Shown piece by piece: positions 1 to 11,949 of a DNA stretch of 64,000 nt; position 1 is the stretch's first letter, and each line of letters begins with the position of its first letter. This DNA comes from Thecamonas trahens ATCC 50062 (taxonomy: Eukaryota > Protista > Apusomonadida). The DNA is taken from the NCBI RefSeq assembly GCF_000142905.1, contig NW_013657654.1, positions 62,001-126,000 of the forward strand. Reading direction: 5' to 3'. The notes under the pieces are model-generated. The model worked only from the letters and a program-made list of their open reading frames with translations. It was not told the origin of the DNA and did not search any database. The position numbers and the translations under genes are program-made.

Positions 1-2
1 TC

Positions 3-3000
3 CTCTACGCCCGCATCAACCACGGCGTCGTCCTCAAGTCGTCTTGGTACGAGAAGCTCCACCGCTGGGAGGATGCGCTTGCGGCCTACGACGAGGCCGA
101 GGCCGACGTTTCTGACATTTCGCCCGACATGTCTGTCCAGGTTGCCAGCGCCACCCTCGACCCGCACCTCGGCCGCATGCGCTGCCTCTCGGCGCTCGGC
201 GAGTGGGAGTCGCTGGCCGCCCTCGCCTCGTCGGCCTGGGACCGCTTGCCGCCGACGCTCCACGGCGACGTCGCGCCCATGGCCGCCGCCGCCGCGTGGA
301 ACCTCTCGGACTGGTCCGAAATGGCCACCTACGTCGACGCCATGGACGCCGCCACCGTCCCGGGTGCCTTTTACCGCGCCGTCCTCGCGCTACACTCGGA
401 CGCGTACGCCGAGGCACAGAGCTACGTCGACAAGGCCCGCGAGCTGCTCGACACCGAGCTCACCGCGCTCGTCTCCGAGTCGTACGACCGGGCGTACCCG
501 GTGATGGTGCAGGTCATGCAGCTCGCAGAGATGGAAGAGGTTATTGCCTACAAGCTCGCCGACGACGAGCAGCAGCGGCTCATCCGCAAGATGTGGGCCG
601 CCCGCCTCGACGGCTGCCAGCGCTCGATCGACATCTGGCAGCGGGTCCTCGCTGTCCGCTCTATTGTGCTCCAGCCCAACGATGACATGGCGACCTGGCT
701 TAACTTTGCCGAGCTCTGCCGCGAGTCGGGCCGCATGCGCCTCTCGTACAAGTCGATCACTGCACTCCTCGACGAGACACCGCCGATGCTGGGCACTGCG
801 CTTGGTGCGGTGGCGTCTGACCCTGTCGCGCCACGCCCTCTCCCGGATGTCCTCGCATCCGCGCCGCCGCCGGTCGTATTTGCCTACATCAAGCATGTGT
901 GGGAGCAGAAGCCCGAGGGCGCCGCGGTATCGCTGTACGAGCTCTCGCCGTTTGCCTCGGCCGCCTTTGCCTCGTCGTTTGCATCCGGCACCGTTGCCGG
1001 CGACACCGCCGCCGGTTCGGGTGCACTCACGGTCGCCCCGCACAAGATCCTCGCCCTCCGCTACCTGCAGGACATGCTGGCGTCAGGCATGGCCGAGTGC
1101 GAGCCGCGGCTCATGGCGCGCGCCTCGGTCAAGCTCGGCGAGTGGCTCCTGGCGACCCACACCGGGCCGACATCGGACGGCTCGCTCGAGGCCATTCTCG
1201 CCGCCTTTGAGGCCGGGACCGAGCACGACCCGTCATGGTACGACGGGTGGCACTCGTGGGCGCGGATCAACCTCGCGGCGGTCCAGCACCTTGCGGTGGA
1301 CGACGCCAGCCCGCGCGACGAAGACGCGCTTGACCCGTACCTCGTGGCCTCGCTCCGTGGCTTTTTCCAGTCGCTCGCGCTCGGCTCGGCCGGCTCGATG
1401 CTCCAGGACGCGCTCCGGGTTCTCACTCTTTGGTTCAAGTACGGTCACCGGTCGTCGGTCGAGTCTGCGCTCTTTGAGGGCTTTGGCCTTGTCTCGGTCG
1501 ACACGTGGCTGTGTGTCATTCCGCAGCTCATTGCGCGGATCCATGCGTCGAACGAGCGGGTCCGCAAGACCGTCATCGAGCTCCTCACTCAGGTGGGCAA
1601 GGCGCATCCGCAGGCTCTTGTCTACCCGCTCACGGTGGCGTCCAAGTCACAGTCTGCGGCGCGGCGCAAGTCTGCGCTCCTCATTGTCAACTCGATCAAG
1701 AACCACTCCCCGAACCTGATTGAGCAGGCCGAGATGGTTGCCGACGAACTCATCCGCGTCGCCATCCTGTGGTACGAGATGTGGCACGAGGCGCTGGAGG
1801 AGGCCTCACGACTGTTCTTTGGCGACGGTGACGTCGACGGCATGTTTGCCGCCCTCGACGAGCTCCACCAGTCGCTCGACGCCGGCGCGACGACGCTTCG
1901 CGAGGTCTCGTTCCAGCAGGCGTACGGCCGCGACTTGCGCGAGGCGGCCAAGTGGTGCGAGCGATACAAGGCGTCGCGAAAGGCCAACGATCTCAACCAG
2001 GCGTGGGACCTCTACTACCGGGTCTTCCGGCGCATCGACAAGCAGCTCGCGGAGATGAAGTGCCTCGAGATGAAGTACGTCTCGCCACTCCTCGACTCTG
2101 CGCGCGACCTCGAGCTTCCGGTCCCGGGTACGTACGGCGCCAACACGGCGATGGTCCGCATTGCGCGGTTCGGCTCTGAGCTGCGGATCATTGCCTCGAA
2201 GCAGCGGCCGCGCAAGATCTCGATCCTCGGCTCGGACGGAGTCCGCTACGAGTACCTGCTCAAAGGCCACGAGGACCTGCGGCAGGACGAGCGGGTCATG
2301 CAGCTGTTTGGTCTGGTCAACACGCTGCTGCAGAACGATCCCGAGACGGCGCGCAAACACCTGGGCATCATCCGATACGAGATCATCCCGCTCTCGCCGT
2401 ACTCGGGCCTCCTCGGCTGGGTGCCGGACACGGACACACTCCACGCGCTCGTGCAAGAATACCGCGAGATGCGCGGCATTCCGCTCAACCAGGAGCACCG
2501 GCACATGCTGCAGCTCTCGCCGGCGCGGTACGAGACGCTGACGCTGATGCAAAAGGTGGAGGTCTTCCTCGCGGCGCTCGACGGCTCGTCGGGCGACGAC
2601 CTGTACAAGATGCTCTGGCTCAAGTCGCCGTCGTCCGAGGCGTGGCTTGAGCGGCGGACCAACTACACGCGGTCTCTGGCGGTCATGTCGATGGTCGGCT
2701 ACATCCTCGGCCTCGGCGATCGTCACCCGTCGAACCTAATGATCGATCGCAGGTCGGGCAAGGTCGTCCACATCGACTGGGGCGACTGCTTCGAGGTCGC
2801 CATGCTCCGCGACAAGTTCCCGGAAAAGGTGCCGTTCCGGCTGACCCGCATGCTCCGCAAGGCCATGGAGGTCTCGATGATCGAGGGCAACTACCGGTTT
2901 ACCTGCGAGTCGGTCATGCACGTCTTGCGGCTCAACAAGGACGCGCTTATGTCGGTCCTCGAGGCCTTTGTCCACGACCCGCTCATTAATTGGCGGCTGC

Positions 3001-3341
3001 TCGAGGACAAGACCGTGGCTGACGGCGCGCCCGGTGCCGGTGCCGACGGCGAGCCTGCCGACGGCGTCGGCTCGCCGCCAGTCTTTGCCGAGGGCGTCCC
3101 CGGCGCCCGCCGCAAGGTCGTCGACGAGTCGGCACTCGCCGAAGTCTCCACCACCGCCGAGCCCGAGCTCAACGAGAAGGCTGTCCAGATCATCAACCGC
3201 ATCTCGTCCAAGCTCTCTGGTCGTGACTTTGATGAGAACGAGACGCTCTCGGTCGAGGCACAGGTCGACAAGCTCATCCGGCAGGCAACCTCGCTCGAGA
3301 ACTTGGCATCTCTCTACCTTGGATGGTGCGCGTGGTACTGA
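3..3341 (+). CDS. TOR: Target of rapamycin kinase, 5'-truncated (FAT, FRB, PI3K-like kinase, FATC)
   Basis: Frame open from position 3 (LKSSWYEKLHRWEDALAAY). FAT motifs ESYDRAY and WLCVIPQLIARI; FRB WHEALEEASRLFF...AWDLYYRVF; kinase SKQRPRK, LKGHEDLRQDERVMQLF, GLGDRHPSN; FATC LSVEAQVDKLIRQATSLENL..YLGWC. Confidence 0.97.
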   Translation, partial: LYARINHGVVLKSSWYEKLHRWEDALAAYDEAEADVSDISPDMSVQVASATLDPHLGRMRCLSALGEWESLAALASSAWDRLPPTLHGDVAPMAAAAAWNLSDWSEMATYVDAMDAATVPGAFYRAVLALHSDAYAEAQSYVDKARELLDTELTALVSESYDRAYPVMVQVMQLAEMEEVIAYKLADDEQQRLIRKMWAARLDGCQRSIDIWQRVLAVRSIVLQPNDDMATWLNFAELCRESGRMRLSYKSITALLDETPPMLGTALGAVASDPVAPRPLPDVLASAPPPVVFAYIKHVWEQKPEGAAVSLYELSPFASAAFASSFASGTVAGDTAAGSGALTVAPHKILALRYLQDMLASGMAECEPRLMARASVKLGEWLLATHTGPTSDGSLEAILAAFEAGTEHDPSWYDGWHSWARINLAAVQHLAVDDASPRDEDALDPYLVASLRGFFQSLALGSAGSMLQDALRVLTLWFKYGHRSSVESALFEGFGLVSVDTWLCVIPQLIARIHASNERVRKTVIELLTQVGKAHPQALVYPLTVASKSQSAARRKSALLIVNSIKNHSPNLIEQAEMVADELIRVAILWYEMWHEALEEASRLFFGDGDVDGMFAALDELHQSLDAGATTLREVSFQQAYGRDLREAAKWCERYKASRKANDLNQAWDLYYRVFRRIDKQLAEMKCLEMKYVSPLLDSARDLELPVPGTYGANTAMVRIARFGSELRIIASKQRPRKISILGSDGVRYEYLLKGHEDLRQDERVMQLFGLVNTLLQNDPETARKHLGIIRYEIIPLSPYSGLLGWVPDTDTLHALVQEYREMRGIPLNQEHRHMLQLSPARYETLTLMQKVEVFLAALDGSSGDDLYKMLWLKSPSSEAWLERRTNYTRSLAVMSMVGYILGLGDRHPSNLMIDRRSGKVVHIDWGDCFEVAMLRDKFPEKVPFRLTRMLRKAMEVSMIEGNYRFTCESVMHVLRLNKDALMSVLEAFVHDPLINWRLLEDKTVADGAPGAGADGEPADGVGSPPVFAEGVPGARRKVVDESALAEVSTTAEPELNEKAVQIINRISSKLSGRDFDENETLSVEAQVDKLIRQATSLENLASLYLGWCAWY

Positions 3342-3409
3342 TTACATGGATTACATACATCAAAGCAAAAGGAGAGATGGGCGTGGGCGCTGGGCGTTTG
3401 TAGCAGCGG

Positions 3410-6039
3410 CTACGCGGCGTAGAGGGCTGCAAAGGCGGCAACAAACTCATCGCACTCCTCCTCGGGAAGAAAAGCCTCGTTGCCGCGGAGATACAAGTTG
3501 CGCTGGGCAAAGAAGGTGAAGACGGTGTGGAAGAGCGGCGTGTCGCCCGAATCGAGGGCGAGGCGGAGGAAGCGCTTGACCGGGACCGAGCGGAAGCCGT
3601 GCTCGCGGATGAAACGCAGCGCCGGGAGGACGTAGTTGCGCGAGAGGAGGACCTCCACGATTTCCTCGTGGGTGTGGAGCCGCTTGAGCATGTCAAGCGC
3701 GAGCTGAAAGGCCGGCGGGTAGACGGCGTCGAGCGAGAGGAGCTGGAGGGCGACGGGCGTCGAGTCCATGACGACGTGGTACTGGATGAGCTGGTGGAGC
3801 TGGTGGAACTTGGCCTCAGCCACAAGAAGGTTGATGATGAGCTCGTAGAGGTAGTGCTGGACTGGACGCGAGTTGAACGAGAGTGAGCGGATGTACTCCA
3901 TGAGGACGGCGAGCTTGAACTTGGGCGTCAGCTCGCGGGCCTCCTCTACCATCGACGCGAGCACAAACGAGTAAATCTCCTTCTGCTCGATGATGGCAAA
4001 GCCGTCCTTGGTCCGGGCAGTGACAAGGAGTGGCGAGGTAGCGACTTCCGAGGCCGCGGCCGCGGCCGCGCTGCCAAGCGACGAGACGAGCTCGGGCGAG
4101 ACGCCGAGGGCGCCGAGCGGCGGCTCGAACAGCAGCTGCGATGAGGTGGCGAGCGAGGAGCGGACCAGCGCGCCAAAGACGTCGGCGTCGGCCGGTGACG
4201 GCACCCGCTGCAGCGGAATGGTCCCGCCGAGCTCGGCGTACTTGGACGCCAAGTCCGACGTCGCCGAGCCCGTCAGCGGGAGCAGCGACGACGCAGACGG
4301 CGATGCCGCCGACGAGGTGGCCGGAAGCCGAGAGCCGCCAAACGGCACGTCGCGCGCTGCGGTGTGAGCTGCCGGAGGCGCCGACGCCGGGCGGGCCGGT
4401 CCGCCCTGAGCCGACAGCGTCGCGGTCGGCGCCTCGGCGGCGGCTGCCGCCGCCGAAGCAGACGGCGATGACGACGACGACGACGACGAGAACCATGAGG
4501 TCCAGCCGCGGCGAGACTTGCGCTTCGAGTTGGCAGCGGCGGCCGAGTGCAGCTGGGCGAGCTCGGCCTCTGCACGCTCACGCTGGGCGAGGTTGCAGAT
4601 CTCGTTGATCATGTCAAAGACCTGGCCGATGGCGTTAAGTGATGCCTTGGCCCAGATCATCTCGCGGATGGTGTGGAGGACGAGGACCTTGCAGTGTTCG
4701 CGTTTGAGAAGAAAGGCGATGCGGCGGCGGGCGTCAGTAAAGTTGGCGGCAAGCGCTGAGAGGTCGAGTAGAAGCGAGAAGATACGCCCGGACTCGGGCT
4801 CCATCACCAGGTCGGGCGCAAAGTAGAGCCACGGGCGGCGGCCGCGACGTGGCGTCCGCGGCGAGCTCGTCCCGTCAGACGAGTTGGCACTGTCGGCGCT
4901 GTCAGGCGTAGCTAAGGCAGGCAACGGTGCAAACGGGTAGGTGAGCGTCGGCGGAGGGGCAGAGCCAGGAGCCGGGAGAGGGCGTGGCTTGTCGAGCGGG
5001 TTGCGGCACGAGACTTTGATGTCGTAGATGAGGACCGAGCCCTGGTCAACGTTGTGAAAGACAAGGAGCTGGTCGATAATAGAGAGCCGGTGGGTGCAGC
5101 CGCGGGCGATGGGGAGCTCTGCGCGGAGCACAGCTTCGTCGCGGTTAATGAGGTAGAGGGCAGCGCAGCCGTCGGCGGCGTTGATGTGGATGAGAAAGAC
5201 CTTGTGGTAGACGACAGCAAGGTGGACGTCTGCGGCGGAGACCTTGGAGGCTCCGGTCCGAGCGGCAATGCGGAGCTTGGGTAGCTTGACGAGGCCGTCC
5301 GGCTTGAAGAGAAACGGCTGGAGCACGGTGCCCTGCTCATTGGTGGCGAGCAGGATGACCTTGGCCACGTGCGAGTAGACGTGCCAGTGGATGGCGAGCG
5401 AGTGTGACTTGAGGAGCTTGAACGTGCCCTTGGAGCTGCTGTACCCGTACAGCTCGAGGGTCTGCGAGGTGACGAGGAAAAAGTTGCCCACATACGGCCA
5501 GCCGCCATCAAAGATGAGCATCGGCTCTCTCGACGCCTTGCACGTCAGCATGATCGACTTGCCCCCACCAGCAGCACTGCCTGAGCGGCGGGCCTTTTTG
5601 CGGCTAGAGGTGAGGCCGGCCGAAGCCGAGCGAGAATCAGCCGCAGCAACCGCCGGGCCAGGACCACGAGAGGCAGGCGATGGAGCTGATTGACCAGGAC
5701 GGAGATGGAGCGGAATAGGCACAAACTCGACGAGACGGGTGGAGCGGATGAGCGCGACAAAGGTAAAGTCGAGGGCGAGCCGAGGACATGTGAGGAGAGG
5801 GCCCCTGTCCGGGAGGAGCATTTCGAGAGCAGTGGGATCATCATAAGCCACCGAACGGAGACCATGTCGTGTGTAGAGTGTGGGAGGGGAGGAGATGGCT
5901 CTCAGTTCCGTCTGTCCCGTCACCACCACCACCTTGTTCACAGCAGCGTCAAAGTACAGTCGGCTCTCGTTGGGCAGGCCCACGCACACGTTGGGGCCGA
6001 GCAGGACGGCTGAGGGTGTGGGGGGGGGACTGCCGTCAT
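3410..6039 (-). CDS. RMC1: RMC1/Mic1 (C18orf8)-like regulator of MON1-CCZ1
   Basis: C-terminal Mic1-type domain (EYIRSL...FHQLHQLIQYHVVMDS...AFQLALDMLKRL...EIVEVLL). Likely ATG at 6039 joins the long ORF only with +1 nt near the C9 run at ~6020-6028. The ORF portion above 6040 is low-complexity. Confidence 0.8.
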
Positions 6040-6209
6040 GCCGGGTGAGGGGTGAGGGGTGGGTGGGGTGGGTGGGGGAGGGGGGGGGGGGGGGGGTAGG
6101 GGGTGAGAGAGAGAGAGATGTGTGAGGTCGGCGGTGAGGTGGGCGGTGGGGTGGTTGGTGGGGTGGTGGGGCGGTCGCCTGCTGGTGGTGGCATGCCGGG
6201 CGGCAGGCG

Positions 6210-7607
6210 TCATGGCAGGCGGCCATCTGGCATGTCGGCGGCTAGGCAGGTAAGTAGCCCGTTGGCACGCGGACGACCAGGCAGCAGGTGGACGACCAGA
6301 CATACGGGCGGCGGGTGAAGGATCTTTATCGCAGGCGGCGGTAAGCAAGGGTCCGAGCATTCGGGAAGATCATGACTACCATCCATCCCCCGCGTCGCAC
6401 GATACGCCTGGGCAGCAATGTACGCCTCCTCGTTGGTGGACACGACAAGCAGTCGGATGTCTCCCTTTCCAGACGAAATGTCGGCATAACCATGCCTAGC
6501 AAGTGCAGCAGCAACTTCATCGTCGCGGTTGGCGGATACATCGAGGCTGGCCGAGAGGAGCGGGCTACATGCGAGCGATCGCACTATGGCCGACGCCTCG
6601 CCCACTCCGCCGGTAAACACAATCGCGTCAGGGGCACGTGAGAGGAGCCCGATGTGGCCGTGGAGCTGGAACACCAGCCGGTGAATGTACACGTCGCGGG
6701 CAAGGATGCAGTGAGCGTCCCCTGCGGCTGCGCCGGCCAGTACCTGGCGCATCGACCGTGTCCCAGCCATGCCCATCAGACCCGAGCGTGACGCAAGCTC
6801 ATCACCCAGTGCATCCAACAGCTCCGCCGCGCCCAATTTCTCGTCCGCGAGCAGCGCCCGGCCGAGCGCGAGCACCGCGCCAGGATCCATGTCGCCTGGG
6901 CGGGTGGCCATGACCAGCCCGCCGAGCGGCGAGAAGCCCATCGAGGTGTCGACAACACGGCCACCGTCAATCGCCGCCACCGACGCCCCCGATCCGAGGT
7001 GAGCCGTCACCACCGCTGCAGCCTCGGGCGCAAGTCCAAGTGCCGCAGCTGCAGCCTCGGCCACGTACGCGTGCGACGAGCCGTGAAAGCCGTACTTGCG
7101 GACGCTGGCCGCGTCAGCCAGCTGAGTCCGGACAGGCACCGTGTACGCGCACGCCGCCATGCCTGCCACATGCGGTGCCGTGTCAAAGACCGCCACCTGT
7201 GGCACGTAAGGCCCCGCTGCCGCGGCGCATGCCTCGAGCGCGAGCAATGCCGGCGGATTGTGCAGCGGCGCGTGGACGGCTGCCTCGGCGATCGACGCCC
7301 GCACGACGTCGTCCACAACCACCGCACCGGCCCTCTCGCGGCCACCATGGACAACCCGGTGCGCCACAAGGTCCAGCTCGACATCAGCAGCCTTGGCTTC
7401 AGTCAGCACCTCGGCCACCGCAGCTGCCATGCCGCTCGCGGTCTCAATCCCGCTGATCATCGTTGAGAAGATCTCGCCGCCTGCCATGTCTGTCGCTTGC
7501 ACCTGCTGCCGCTGGCCCTTGCCGCACGTTTTTGGCCGCAAATACAGCCTCGCTTTGAGCGACGATGAGCCGGCGTTGATGACCAGCGCCGCGTGTCTTG
7601 TGGTCAT
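6210..7607 (-). CDS. ackA: Acetate kinase
   Basis: INAGSSSLK, HRVVHGG, APLHNP, YGFHGSSH, HLGSGAS, DTSMGFSPLGGLVMATRPGDMDPG, FTGGVGE, TNEE; C-terminal extension of about 60 aa. Confidence 0.95.
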   Translation of the reverse strand: MTTRHAALVINAGSSSLKARLYLRPKTCGKGQRQQVQATDMAGGEIFSTMISGIETASGMAAAVAEVLTEAKAADVELDLVAHRVVHGGRERAGAVVVDDVVRASIAEAAVHAPLHNPPALLALEACAAAAGPYVPQVAVFDTAPHVAGMAACAYTVPVRTQLADAASVRKYGFHGSSHAYVAEAAAAALGLAPEAAAVVTAHLGSGASVAAIDGGRVVDTSMGFSPLGGLVMATRPGDMDPGAVLALGRALLADEKLGAAELLDALGDELASRSGLMGMAGTRSMRQVLAGAAAGDAHCILARDVYIHRLVFQLHGHIGLLSRAPDAIVFTGGVGEASAIVRSLACSPLLSASLDVSANRDDEVAAALARHGYADISSGKGDIRLLVVSTNEEAYIAAQAYRATRGMDGSHDLPECSDPCLPPPAIKILHPPPVCLVVHLLPGRPRANGLLTCLAADMPDGRLP

Positions 7608-7649
7608 AGCGACAAGTGGTGCGCCTTTACCATACAGCCGCCATACACA

Positions 7650-8399
7650 CTACGGCGACGTCGATCGTGACCGCGAGCCCGACCGCGAGCCCGACCGCGA
7701 CCGGGGCCGCTTGCGGATGTACGCCGGGCGAGCCCGGCTCTGTTGCTGCCGCGTCGACGGAGCTGACGCCGTCGACGACGGCAAGCCGGTGTCCATCGGC
7801 GCCAGACCGGCACCCGGCGGGAGTGGGATCGGGGGCGGCACATGCGGGAGCGAGTTGTTCGAAAAGCGTTCGACAGCCGAGGCCACGATGGCGTCGGTAG
7901 CGTCGACAAGGGTGGTGTGGAGGACCGGCGCGAGATAGATTCGGTCGAGGTGGTAGAACCAGGCCGGGAAGATGCTGCGCGCCCGCGAGTACCCATTCAG
8001 CGCAACGTCCAGAGCATCGGGCGAGTTGGCGGCAGCCTGCCCCACGCCGACTCGGACAACCTCGAGCACATCGCCATACATGCGGGTGGCCAGACCCTCC
8101 GAGACGGCGGCAAAGGCGCGGTGGACGAGCCACGAGAGCGAGAACGAGGCCATGGCCGAGTCGTCGCCTCGTAGCAAGCCGCCGAGCACAGCCTCTATCT
8201 CTGGCCAGATCTCCGTCTCATACCGCGCCTGCGCAAGCTCGCCCCTGCTCGGCTCGTCGCTCTCGCAACGGGCCGCCGTAGCCAGAAAAGGTCGTGGAAC
8301 ACTGGCGGCCGCCTCGCCGGCCTCGGCTTCGTCGGCAACTCGCTCACCGCCACCAAGCACAAGCCCGCGCTGGCGCTTGCGGGCATGCTCACCGGCCAT
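7650..8399 (-). CDS. Short cullin N-terminal-repeat protein (CACUL1-like) with RS-rich tail
   Basis: YETEIWPEIEAVL...LATRMYGDV...FYHLDRIYL resembles the first cullin repeat; ends RPRSRSGSRSGSRSRS. ATG 8399 chosen as start. Confidence 0.55.
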   Translation of the reverse strand: MAGEHARKRQRGLVLGGGERVADEAEAGEAAASVPRPFLATAARCESDEPSRGELAQARYETEIWPEIEAVLGGLLRGDDSAMASFSLSWLVHRAFAAVSEGLATRMYGDVLEVVRVGVGQAAANSPDALDVALNGYSRARSIFPAWFYHLDRIYLAPVLHTTLVDATDAIVASAVERFSNNSLPHVPPPIPLPPGAGLAPMDTGLPSSTASAPSTRQQQSRARPAYIRKRPRSRSGSRSGSRSRSTSP

Positions 8400-8653
8400 A
8401 TGCACACCGCACGAGTCTGAAGCACACGTCTGCTCTCGCCAGCCTGAGTCTTCTTCTTCCTGCTCCACCACACCGTCTGCACTTGGGTGTGCGCCGGCAA
8501 GTAGCTCACCACACCACAGCAGAAGAAGGCCGTCACACCGCGAGCCGGCCGTGTGTCTGATCGCCTGTGATCGCACGTGATCATGGCCCACAGCCACCAC
8601 TCTCTCCCCTCCCCCGCCACCAGCTAGCCAACCAGCCAGCCAGCCAACAAGCC

Positions 8654-9325
8654 ATGGCTGTAGCGCGCACTACCCCAGCCACCTGCAAGATTGCGGTGCG
8701 CGCAGCGGCAAACAGCCTGCTTGCTAGCATCTCGCCTGTCGACATCGCCAGCGAGTCTGCCGACGTGGCGGCCCGAGTCCTTGCCCACCCTGCCTACGCT
8801 GGTGCCACCTCGGTTGCCATGTATGTCTCGATGGAACGTGAGCTGGACATCAGCGCTGTGGCTCGCGACGCCTTTGCAAGTGGCAAGAGAGTCTATCTTC
8901 CTCGGATGGTCGGCAAGGGCAAGCCGTTACAGATGGCTGCTGTCGATGGCTGGGACGAGTTCTGCAATCTCCCGGAGACTGTGTGGGGCATTCCCCAGCC
9001 CGGTCCCGACGCGCCTGTCGCCGACCACGTCGATCTTGTCCTTGTCCCTGGTCTTGTCTTTGATCCTCTCGCCCTCACCCGCTGCGGCCGCGGTGCCGGC
9101 TACTACGATCGCACCCTCTCGGGCATGGCTGCTGCTGCCGCCACTTCTGACGCACCGCCACCGTTCAAGCTCGCAGTTGGTCTCTCCTGTGCCGCATGGG
9201 CGGTCGTCCAGCGCGCCCTTGCATCATCCGATGGCACCCCCGTTCCTGATGCCCTTCCCATCACCGAGTACGATGTTCTGATGGACGACGTGCTCCTCGG
9301 AGCGACAGCAACGCGCAGCCCATAG
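8654..9325 (+). CDS. MTHFS: 5-formyltetrahydrofolate cyclo-ligase
   Basis: GKRVYLPR, WGIPQP, DLVLVPGLVFD..RCGRGAGYYDR, D..MD motifs. Confidence 0.93.
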   Translation: MAVARTTPATCKIAVRAAANSLLASISPVDIASESADVAARVLAHPAYAGATSVAMYVSMERELDISAVARDAFASGKRVYLPRMVGKGKPLQMAAVDGWDEFCNLPETVWGIPQPGPDAPVADHVDLVLVPGLVFDPLALTRCGRGAGYYDRTLSGMAAAAATSDAPPPFKLAVGLSCAAWAVVQRALASSDGTPVPDALPITEYDVLMDDVLLGATATRSP

Positions 9326-9425
9326 CCAGAGTCCAAACTCGAGCACACACTCAACCCCCCCCCCTCCCCCCCCCCCCTCCCCTTCCTCCCCCGCCACACA
9401 CGCCACCACCTATCCCTTGCCCACC

Positions 9426-10223
9426 ATGGAACACACGCTCGCCCAGGGCATGCAGGTCTACACTTTGGTCAAGCCAGTGGTGCTCAACATCAATGGCCTC
9501 CACCCAGCGCTTCCGCTGCTCGACATGGCCAAGTCGCTCACCATCCCGTACCTCTTCCGGCTCAAGGCACAGAAGCAGTCGTGGGTCCAGCAGCTAGTGG
9601 CGATCGTGCTCTGCTGCTTGGGAGGCACCACGTTAACTGGAATCCTTCTCGGTCAACCGCCATCGTGGGTCTGCTCGCTCAACACCTTCCCCACCTACGT
9701 CCTCGGCTACCTGCTGGTCAACGCGGCGCCCGGCGACCTGGTCTGGCGTCTGCTCCAGTTTGCCCCGCTCCACGAAGCGCTTCTGTTGGTGGATGCCTTT
9801 GCCTGGGGCACCGCCATCACCTCGTGGGGCGTCGACAAGGCTATCGCTGCCGATCACGCCATGGTCGCCTCCTCACCCTGGGCCGCCCTCCTCTGTGGCA
9901 TCCTCTCCGGCACCGGCGGCGGCATCCTCAACGAGTCCTTCCACCTCATGCACTCCAAGTGGCACTTTTCCACCCCGGACTCGCTCGCCGTCCCCTCCTT
10001 TGCCATCCGTGTCGCCATGATCGCATCGCCGGCCTACTACCTCCTGCACAATCCGCACAACTACTCGTGGCTCCCCACCATCCTCTCCCGCGACGACGCC
10101 AAGATGCTCATCATCATCACCATCGCCCTCCTCGCCCTCTCCAAGAACTGGTTCTGGGGCCAGATCGCCGACGAGTCTGCCGACAACAAGTCCAACCCCA
10201 AGTCCAAGTCAAAGGCCGAGTAG
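9426..10223 (+). CDS. TRIC (TMEM38)-family trimeric intracellular cation channel
   Basis: Multi-TM protein with the duplicated glycine motifs LGGTTLTGILLGQPPSW and GILSGTGGGIL; lysine-rich C-terminus. Confidence 0.7.
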   Translation: MEHTLAQGMQVYTLVKPVVLNINGLHPALPLLDMAKSLTIPYLFRLKAQKQSWVQQLVAIVLCCLGGTTLTGILLGQPPSWVCSLNTFPTYVLGYLLVNAAPGDLVWRLLQFAPLHEALLLVDAFAWGTAITSWGVDKAIAADHAMVASSPWAALLCGILSGTGGGILNESFHLMHSKWHFSTPDSLAVPSFAIRVAMIASPAYYLLHNPHNYSWLPTILSRDDAKMLIIITIALLALSKNWFWGQIADESADNKSNPKSKSKAE

Positions 10224-10475
10224 TCCTCACCTCTCCCCTCTCCCCGCCTCCCCGCCCAATCGGTTGCGACATCGCGACACAAGCCATCGCGACAGAGTCA
10301 ACAGCGGCACAGTCGATGGCGCCAACATCGCGACATCGCGACATTGCGACACTTGCACTTGCACCTGCTTCCCTGCTCAAAACCGGGAGCCGTCTTGCCC
10401 TTCCCGCCCACCAACCGGTCCCCACCACAAACTCCGCCACACGGTGGCATTAATCGTTTAAGCGTTTATCGTTGA

Positions 10476-11813
<1,338 letters not shown>

Positions 11814-11949
11814 GGCGGGCTTGGTCGAGTCTGTGCAGCCGCCGCTCCGACGACTGTGCTCGACGCCGCCAGCACGCTCTCTCTCGCTTGCCCCTGCTCC
11901 TGATCTCTTTGTGATGCGCATAAAGTTGTTTGCTCCCACGCCTGCCCCT

